Both the position numbers and the translations under genes were made by a program. Shown piece by piece: positions 57,524 through 64,000 of a stretch of 64,000 nt of DNA; the first letter of the stretch is position 1; each line of letters opens with the position of its first letter. The notes under the pieces were generated by a model. It was not told the DNA's origin. It worked only from the letters and a program-made list of their open reading frames with translations, and did no database searches. Source of the stretch: Oopsacas minuta (lineage: Eukaryota; Animalia; Porifera); contig JAKMXF010000354.1 of assembly GCA_024704765.1 (NCBI GenBank), positions 233,690 through 297,689 on the forward strand, given 5' to 3'.

Positions 57524-60500
57524 TCAAATAAATTTAGAGATTGCATCTGATAGTCTTAGAGAAATGTCAACAGCATTTGCTGCAACAGTTTTTATCCGAC
57601 AGCTATTGTTCTCAGACTTAACTGCATCTCTAAACTCGTCCTCATTATGAAATAGAGATAATTCACAGAATTTTCTTCCCAAACTAAAGTTATCCCTACA
57701 GTACTCTATACCAGTGGAGATCTTAGCTATAACATCCTTCCACTTGTAGTATTCAACTTGTTGGTTGTGTTTGATTATTTTCATCTTAGTTTTCAGACGT
57801 TCACAAATTGTTGGTATTTCTCCTTCATTAATACTTATAAGAGAGCTTTTCAAGCCATCAGGAAGAAGCAGTCTATAGATATCAGAATCCTTCTGTACAG
57901 GCCTGGCACTCTCACTTCGTAATCTAATATCGTGTGTCTTACTTTGGTCAACAACATTCCTATTACCCACTATGGTTGCTAGCATCCATATGAGAGGACG
58001 CTCCGAGATACTAACAACATGGAGATTGTCATCCAGATTGATTCGTATATCAAAAGAAAATTGCCATTGAATTTCTACACGCCAGGTATAAGATTTACAA
58101 ATGTCTACTTGTCGCACAAATCCACATTCCTCTAATGATTTTACGTATACAGATTTAGTTCTTTCCAATTGAATGTCTTCATCTGTTCCTGTCATTGGCA
58201 GCCCAGGACAGAATGCGCTAGTGGTAGACTTAAGTACCTTTTCATTATATTTAGAAGTCTTTTTAATAATTTTGTTAAAGGATTTGTCATGACTCGGTTG
58301 CTGTGATATTGTAGAGTTTGTCTGTAATTCCTTCTTATCTTCAGCTGAATCTATCTGACGATTTCCTTTTACTAAGCATTTTTCGAATTCATCCAAGTAT
58401 AACGAATCTCCAACCTCTTGAAAAGAATCAGGACCATCTAATATATAGAAAAAGCCGAATCTTGATTTAAATTTGAGATTTTTAAGAAGATCCTTATTAT
58501 TCGACGGAAATCGTGACAATTGATTCCAGAGGAGAGTTTGTATCCTATTTACGCCCTCGCTCTTCCAATTAGGGTTAACCCTTTGTTCTGCAGAAATTAG
58601 AAAGCTCTTATGGTTATTAGTATGAATCTGCTTGCAACAAGCTTGTTCAAAACTGGACAGTTTGACACGACATTTCGCTGAATATTCGGACATAATAATT
58701 AGCGTACTTCCATCTAGTATATAATGGTAAGAATTTGATTTGTATTTCCTGGTTAAGGCTGAATTTGATTCCATTAGCGATATTTCAGTAGCTAATTTGT
58801 GTATAGCACTGGCAGAGCCCTGAGCAGTGAGGAGTAGATTACGCCCTGATGATTCTATCTTAATCAAGGCACCTGTTGCAGTGTTCCAAGATTTTTCATA
58901 GAATCGTGTAGATGACCGAATACGATCACTCATAAATGGAGTAAATCGCTTTGCAAATGTTAACTGAACTTGAACACGTTCAAACAACTTAAATATATTC
59001 CTAGTATACGCCAAACAGTGCCAACCTTGAAATAAAAGTGCTGATATTTTATTGAGTGCAGTTACACTGATCGTATGAATAGGATCCCCCTGTATAGGCC
59101 ATGTATATACTATTTCATTCACACTCTCAGACGTTATCTTATAACCTCTACGAAAGAATTCTTCTAACATTAATCCTAACTTCTTCTCAATCTCTGCATT
59201 CATTAACAAGTTAGTCAAAGATTGCAAAATAGTGTTATCACATTCTAAATCACTTGTCACAGTTTCTGGTTTACATAGCATCTCATCATAGATGTATAGG
59301 ATCAGAGCTTCAAATTCTGCGGTTAGAATAAGCCCAGTGCTTTTGGGTGAAGTGTGACACTTTAATATACCAATATGTCTACCCCAGTGAATGAGAATCC
59401 AGAAAAATGCGAAGAATATACCTCCAGTAGTACGATAGAGTTGTAGAATATATTTTGATTTGAGTACTCCATCGCTCTCTATACTTACATCTACACTTAT
59501 GTCTGATCGTGTGTCCATTTCAGAATCCATGGTTAGTGTAATGATGGGAAAATCTAGGTTAAACTTTTCTATTTTAGAAAGAGCTACCTCCTCAAGCGAA
59601 GGTGATACAAACAACCGGAGAAGGTGGAGTCGTGTTTTTTTAATATCCATTTTTGCAAGATTATCTTTTCCGATAAAATCAATTCCAAAATTCGTTAGTG
59701 AGATGGAAATATCTAAATCAGATTCCAACTCACAAAGAAATTTTGAAACTGAACCGAATACCTCTACATTGAATACTTTACCATTTTCAGGAATATTTAT
59801 TGTTTTTTCTTGTTGAATACAAAAGTCATTAATAGCTGAGCTTATCTTCCCTAATAAACACATCTTAGCATTTACATTTGTGTGAATAAATTCGCTTTGT
59901 TGCATGATATATTCCCTCGCTGTGCTGCCAATGGAGCAGTGTAAATCTAGTTCAGTATGGTTTGGTTGTTTTGCTAATAAATCACATAATTCTTTTCTCA
60001 TTATCCAGGCAAAAGATAGAAAAGTTGTCTCTTCACTCTGTTGTTGCTGATACACGGTTAGGTACCAGGCAGCTGCTTTTTTAGCATAACAATCTAGAGG
60101 AGTATTCCTTTCGAATATTTCTCTAAATTCTTCTGTGAGATAGCGCATAGCGGTTATAAGCGCACTTGTAACTTTGTTTTTATCAGCAGACAAGAAGGGG
60201 TGACACTTAATGATTAAACCAAGTATAACTTCAGCTTCTGTCTCTATACCAAATGATAACATTATTCTCTGTAACGCATTAGAATACTCGAAATATCTAA
60301 TTTTAGCATCTTGCATGTAACCTTCGTGACCTGGGATTTGGAATATCTCTAATGGAATGCTATGTGGTATTTTCTGTTTAAAAGTTTGTTTGTTGTAGTA
60401 GTTTAATATATTCTGCCATTCATTAGTCTCAAAACACACAGATTTAGCCAATTGATAGAGTTCTCCTAACAACTTTTCCGAAGGATAAGCAGTTGATTCC

Positions 60501-63500
60501 GTCTTCTCCATAAAATCAGGATAGCCCTTTTCCTTAATTAATACTTTAGCTTCATCGGGTATAGTTGGAGTTATTCCGGTCTTAGGAGAGTCTACAGATA
60601 GAGAAGCTAATCTAGCAAGTTGTATTGACAACTCATCTCTTGAACCATTTTCCTTCATATCGCTAATAGCCACGTGATAATGCGATATTATTCCTAACAG
60701 ATCGTTACTTATAATTTTACAATATGACTCAGCTAATATAGTTTGTATGTTGTCATGCATATGTAATGGAATTTTGGTGTCTATAGGATTTTTTCTCTCT
60801 GGTTCCTTACTCTTTAGCTGTTCTTTGTACTCATTTAGTACATTATCATAGTTTAATGAAGGGAATATTGCACTAATCGGCGGAATAAGATCTTTATCCC
60901 AAATAATACCAAACTCATCTCCATCCAAATCCCCTCCCCCAGTACAAGCAGGCAGTGACGTACTGCCTTTACTAGGAAATACTATAACATTGTGAAGATG
61001 ATGTAATTCTATCTTATCTACAGCAGTAGGAGTAAGGAGATCTCCAGGATGAAGACACGGGTTCTTATACACTAAAATACGTCCTGTAAGAGGTGCCTTA
61101 GTTGATGTATCTTCAAAAGTTACATATACCTCTCTATCCTCTAATATTCCTATAGGATCAGGTATACCCATTAGTAAACAGCCGTTTTTCAGAGGAATAT
61201 GAAACTTTTTTATCAAATTTTGAATTTTAAAGGTGTATATACATCTGAGTAAAGAGAGGTGGAAAGGCTCAGATAGAATATCAATACAGTTAATTGCAGT
61301 ATTTGAATTGTGAGGGAGATGAGAGGTAAGCTCAGTACTTGCTATAGTAATATCTGTGAATATTCGTACGTTTCTTTCAAGTACTTCTTTGTAAATAGCT
61401 CTTAGACGAGGTTTAGGATCCCAATTCTGTTCGCTACAATCTTCTAAACTAGTCAATAAAGTCATCATCTGAGTGTTAAGATGTAAATCATTATATTTGC
61501 CTAATTTCACTAAACAAAGAGTAGATTGTGTCCATTCAATCTTCTTCATTGACTTTCTATAGAGTATATCGCAGTGTAGTAACCCGCTGTTGAAATCAGT
61601 ATCAGTATCAGCATCAACTATAGTGAATACTCCCTTTAGACCAGCTAGCCTCACTTGTATAGCTGAAATATTCTGTAATGAGGCATTTCCTACAATTTCT
61701 GAATTATCAAATATCTTCTCAGCTACAGATCTTCTAATTTTACCATTCCCATCAGTCAAGTTAAGACCATTGTCAGCAAACAGATCAGATAAACAGTGAG
61801 TATTAGCCTCAGGTATATCACAGATAGGATGATCTGAAGTACAAAACAATCCTAGTCTAGACAGATACTTAGTCTCATTAGCAACAATAGAATCTCCCAT
61901 CAACTCATGTCTCATATTTCTTAACGTTTCTGAAACACAACCATCTCTAATGTGAATAAATATCGCTCGCTTACTTCTTAATTGACTCCCACTACAAACC
62001 AAAAAGTAGAAATTCAACCCATTAATTGTAACACCGTTAATAATTATGTTCTTAACACGATCAATGACGTCAGAACTCTTAAGCGCCTCTCCGTGTTCTT
62101 CTCTGAAAGCTAAATTCAGGAATCTCTCTTTCGGGAATTTCCTATAAAGTCTGTTACGTTGAGTAAATACAGATTGTAGAGGAATTACAGTAGAGGGAGT
62201 TACCATAGCACACTCGATGTAGCAATAGTTATCATGAGAAGAGGCTGGGCTAGATAGAGGGTAGTCTTTGAGAGTGTCCAAATATTTATCGAAAGAGCTC
62301 TGCAAATCAAAAAAGTAATAAGTTGTATCTTTACATCTCAAGGATAGAAGATAAGAGAATGTTTTAGACAGAGCCCTAATAAGAGATAAATCTGCTACAT
62401 AAATCTCCTTAGTAAATTTACGAATAGTTTCTTCAGGTAGACAAATATTTCTTATAGATTTTAATACATAAAATTCCCATAGACAGTCTTGCATTTCTTT
62501 ATCCCAGTATAGAGAATTATCTGATAAAATTATTGCCTCAGTCTCCATGGAGGTACACTCAATAATACGTGAATCATATACTGGAACAGATAGAGTATTT
62601 GGTGAGTGGAGAAATATCCATAATTTACTCCAATTAGACGTCTTGTATGCAAGTGAGATCCCGAAGACAGGAGACTCTCCGAAGAATCTCAGGAATGAAC
62701 AGTTATCACATGACAACATTTCTCCAGATTGAGATAGGACTTTAGGACAGAAGGAAAGAGGTAGGTATAGCATGACGTCATTCTCTCTCCAATCAGCTAG
62801 CATAAATAGAAAGATAGAAGCGAATGGAATCTCAATTGTCAACCGAGAATCTGCCTGGTTACGGATAGTTATGTGTATGGTGCGGTCAGATGAGAGTTCA
62901 AAAATTCCTTTCTCTCCGAAAGTATTCGCTTCTAATTGCTCAGTTACCTGAAAAGTATGTTTATCGTTAAATTTTCCCCATGAGATCTTATTTACAGTCC
63001 ACTTTGTTTGATATTTCATTTCTTTATCTAGAGGTACTCGAACCCTTGTCCACACCTCAGGACCTCCGTTTCCGATAGAGAATGACCACTGCACAGTCAA
63101 GAGTTTGTAACGCTCATAAATGTTTGGTTTTTGAGTTTGCAAACCCAAATTTAATAGAGAATCTTCGAATGGGAATATTCCATTAGATTTCCAACGAGAA
63201 TTACAAGCAGCTTGTTCAATACGCTTAACTTTCAAGAAATATTTTTCAAATAGAATTTTAGCAATATTATCCTGAATATCGAATAATTCATGTGTTCCTG
63301 TTAAGTAGAATTCGACTGCACATTCTGTCGATGACAATATGTTACATTTCTGACTGTGGTCAGAGCAAGAAACTGTATTTTCAATATCTTTTTGAATATT
63401 TTCTATGATATTTTCTGTGAATGGAGAAGGAAATTTAGTCTCTGAATGGTGTTCTTTTAAAACAGATTTTACAGTATATTCTTGAGCTTGGATTTCTTCA

Positions 63501-64000
63501 AATGTACGATTCTCATCTTCAGATAGAATCAAAATAAACCTGCTATTATCCCATTTTCTAGCTCTCCCTTTACTCTGTTTATAAGAAGTTAGAGATTTTA
63601 AGCCATTAAATCTGATAACGACATCACACACAGGGATATCAAGACCTTCTTCCAATACAGACGTGCTAACCAGGAGATTACACTTCCCGTTACGGAAATT
63701 CTCAATTATTTCTTCCTGATCATTAACCCAGTTCATACCAAATGGTCCTGACTGTCCAACTATTTTCAAAGGAGAAAATTTCTGATTAACCTTCTGGTCT
63801 TCCTTCAGAACAGTAGCTAAAATAGAAGCCATACGGCGGGTCTCAACGAATATAATAATTTTAGAATTATCAGAAATTTCATTGAGGATATTAAACAGCT
63901 CTTGTAGTCTTGGAGAGAAGCTCGGCTGATGATCCAATCCCTCAAATATATCCATATCTCGTAGCTTCTGGTGAGCATATGTAACTCCTAACATCTCTGT
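57524..64000 (-). CDS. Multidomain protein, 5' end outside window: Dicer/RLR-type helicase C + cellular RNA-dependent RNA polymerase + Cid1/TRF4-type nucleotidyltransferase + KH-like and unknown C-terminal region
   Basis: Frame open to the window edge. Helicase: IIFVETR, LLVSTSVLEEGLDIP, SYKQSKGRAR. RdRP: QVRLAGLKG, YKNPCLHPGD, GGDLDGD (60917-60931), SVDSPKTG, YPDFMEK, KAAAWY, FLSFAW. NTase: FGS...SDLDISI (DLD 59711-59719), VDVSI (D 59489-59491), LIHWGRHIGI, LGLMLEEFF. Confidence 0.93.
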   Translation of the reverse strand, partial: TEMLGVTYAHQKLRDMDIFEGLDHQPSFSPRLQELFNILNEISDNSKIIIFVETRRMASILATVLKEDQKVNQKFSPLKIVGQSGPFGMNWVNDQEEIIENFRNGKCNLLVSTSVLEEGLDIPVCDVVIRFNGLKSLTSYKQSKGRARKWDNSRFILILSEDENRTFEEIQAQEYTVKSVLKEHHSETKFPSPFTENIIENIQKDIENTVSCSDHSQKCNILSSTECAVEFYLTGTHELFDIQDNIAKILFEKYFLKVKRIEQAACNSRWKSNGIFPFEDSLLNLGLQTQKPNIYERYKLLTVQWSFSIGNGGPEVWTRVRVPLDKEMKYQTKWTVNKISWGKFNDKHTFQVTEQLEANTFGEKGIFELSSDRTIHITIRNQADSRLTIEIPFASIFLFMLADWRENDVMLYLPLSFCPKVLSQSGEMLSCDNCSFLRFFGESPVFGISLAYKTSNWSKLWIFLHSPNTLSVPVYDSRIIECTSMETEAIILSDNSLYWDKEMQDCLWEFYVLKSIRNICLPEETIRKFTKEIYVADLSLIRALSKTFSYLLSLRCKDTTYYFFDLQSSFDKYLDTLKDYPLSSPASSHDNYCYIECAMVTPSTVIPLQSVFTQRNRLYRKFPKERFLNLAFREEHGEALKSSDVIDRVKNIIINGVTINGLNFYFLVCSGSQLRSKRAIFIHIRDGCVSETLRNMRHELMGDSIVANETKYLSRLGLFCTSDHPICDIPEANTHCLSDLFADNGLNLTDGNGKIRRSVAEKIFDNSEIVGNASLQNISAIQVRLAGLKGVFTIVDADTDTDFNSGLLHCDILYRKSMKKIEWTQSTLCLVKLGKYNDLHLNTQMMTLLTSLEDCSEQNWDPKPRLRAIYKEVLERNVRIFTDITIASTELTSHLPHNSNTAINCIDILSEPFHLSLLRCIYTFKIQNLIKKFHIPLKNGCLLMGIPDPIGILEDREVYVTFEDTSTKAPLTGRILVYKNPCLHPGDLLTPTAVDKIELHHLHNVIVFPSKGSTSLPACTGGGDLDGDEFGIIWDKDLIPPISAIFPSLNYDNVLNEYKEQLKSKEPERKNPIDTKIPLHMHDNIQTILAESYCKIISNDLLGIISHYHVAISDMKENGSRDELSIQLARLASLSVDSPKTGITPTIPDEAKVLIKEKGYPDFMEKTESTAYPSEKLLGELYQLAKSVCFETNEWQNILNYYNKQTFKQKIPHSIPLEIFQIPGHEGYMQDAKIRYFEYSNALQRIMLSFGIETEAEVILGLIIKCHPFLSADKNKVTSALITAMRYLTEEFREIFERNTPLDCYAKKAAAWYLTVYQQQQSEETTFLSFAWIMRKELCDLLAKQPNHTELDLHCSIGSTAREYIMQQSEFIHTNVNAKMCLLGKISSAINDFCIQQEKTINIPENGKVFNVEVFGSVSKFLCELESDLDISISLTNFGIDFIGKDNLAKMDIKKTRLHLLRLFVSPSLEEVALSKIEKFNLDFPIITLTMDSEMDTRSDISVDVSIESDGVLKSKYILQLYRTTGGIFFAFFWILIHWGRHIGILKCHTSPKSTGLILTAEFEALILYIYDEMLCKPETVTSDLECDNTILQSLTNLLMNAEIEKKLGLMLEEFFRRGYKITSESVNEIVYTWPIQGDPIHTISVTALNKISALLFQGWHCLAYTRNIFKLFERVQVQLTFAKRFTPFMSDRIRSSTRFYEKSWNTATGALIKIESSGRNLLLTAQGSASAIHKLATEISLMESNSALTRKYKSNSYHYILDGSTLIIMSEYSAKCRVKLSSFEQACCKQIHTNNHKSFLISAEQRVNPNWKSEGVNRIQTLLWNQLSRFPSNNKDLLKNLKFKSRFGFFYILDGPDSFQEVGDSLYLDEFEKCLVKGNRQIDSAEDKKELQTNSTISQQPSHDKSFNKIIKKTSKYNEKVLKSTTSAFCPGLPMTGTDEDIQLERTKSVYVKSLEECGFVRQVDICKSYTWRVEIQWQFSFDIRINLDDNLHVVSISERPLIWMLATIVGNRNVVDQSKTHDIRLRSESARPVQKDSDIYRLLLPDGLKSSLISINEGEIPTICERLKTKMKIIKHNQQVEYYKWKDVIAKISTGIEYCRDNFSLGRKFCELSLFHNEDEFRDAVKSENNSCRIKTVAANAVDISLRLSDAISKFI

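Noticed and set aside
57524-64000. Possibility that the RdRP ORF is an endogenous RNA virus
   Set aside because: The catalytic motif is the cellular double-psi-barrel type (DLDGD with NPCLHPGD), not viral GDD.
1-64000. tRNA, rRNA or snRNA genes
   Set aside because: None recognised by eye; a tRNAscan/Infernal run would be needed to exclude them.

Overview
Eukaryotic (animal) genomic DNA: AT-rich, gene-dense and intron-poor, with GT-AG introns, the shortest 62-87 bp. Gene content and architecture suggest a compact early-branching metazoan, plausibly a hexactinellid (glass) sponge; this is inference. The window holds about 18 genes in long same-strand runs. Minus run (1.3-33.3 kb): HORMA, ANKRD49, AP5M1, DHX37, a ~4970-aa four-repeat sacsin-like gene, an ankyrin/SOCS-box gene ending in CAAX, NELFB and a TRAF pseudogene. 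Plus run (34.4-52.8 kb): CXorf58-like, INO80, NVL, MRRF, an unknown ORF, a pseudouridine glycosidase-kinase fusion, BRD7/9 and MGAT4. Two minus-strand genes close the window. The first is an intronless hexose-oxidase/BBE-like flavoprotein of bacterial/algal type. The second is a 5'-truncated, >2158-aa ORF fusing a Dicer/RIG-I-type helicase C domain, an intact cellular RdRP (DLDGD), a Cid1/TRF4-type nucleotidyltransferase with all three catalytic Asp, and a further KH-like/unknown C-terminal region. This fusion is the best candidate for an undescribed system: an RNA sensing, tailing and amplifying enzyme in one chain. Most start codons sit 0-8 nt after TAG/CAG, suggesting SL trans-splicing and operon-like transcription. 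Many MITEs (hAT-like with 7-8 bp TSDs, Tc1/pogo-like with TA TSDs, one foldback) lie in introns and spacers. All family calls come from motif recognition by eye; no searches were run.
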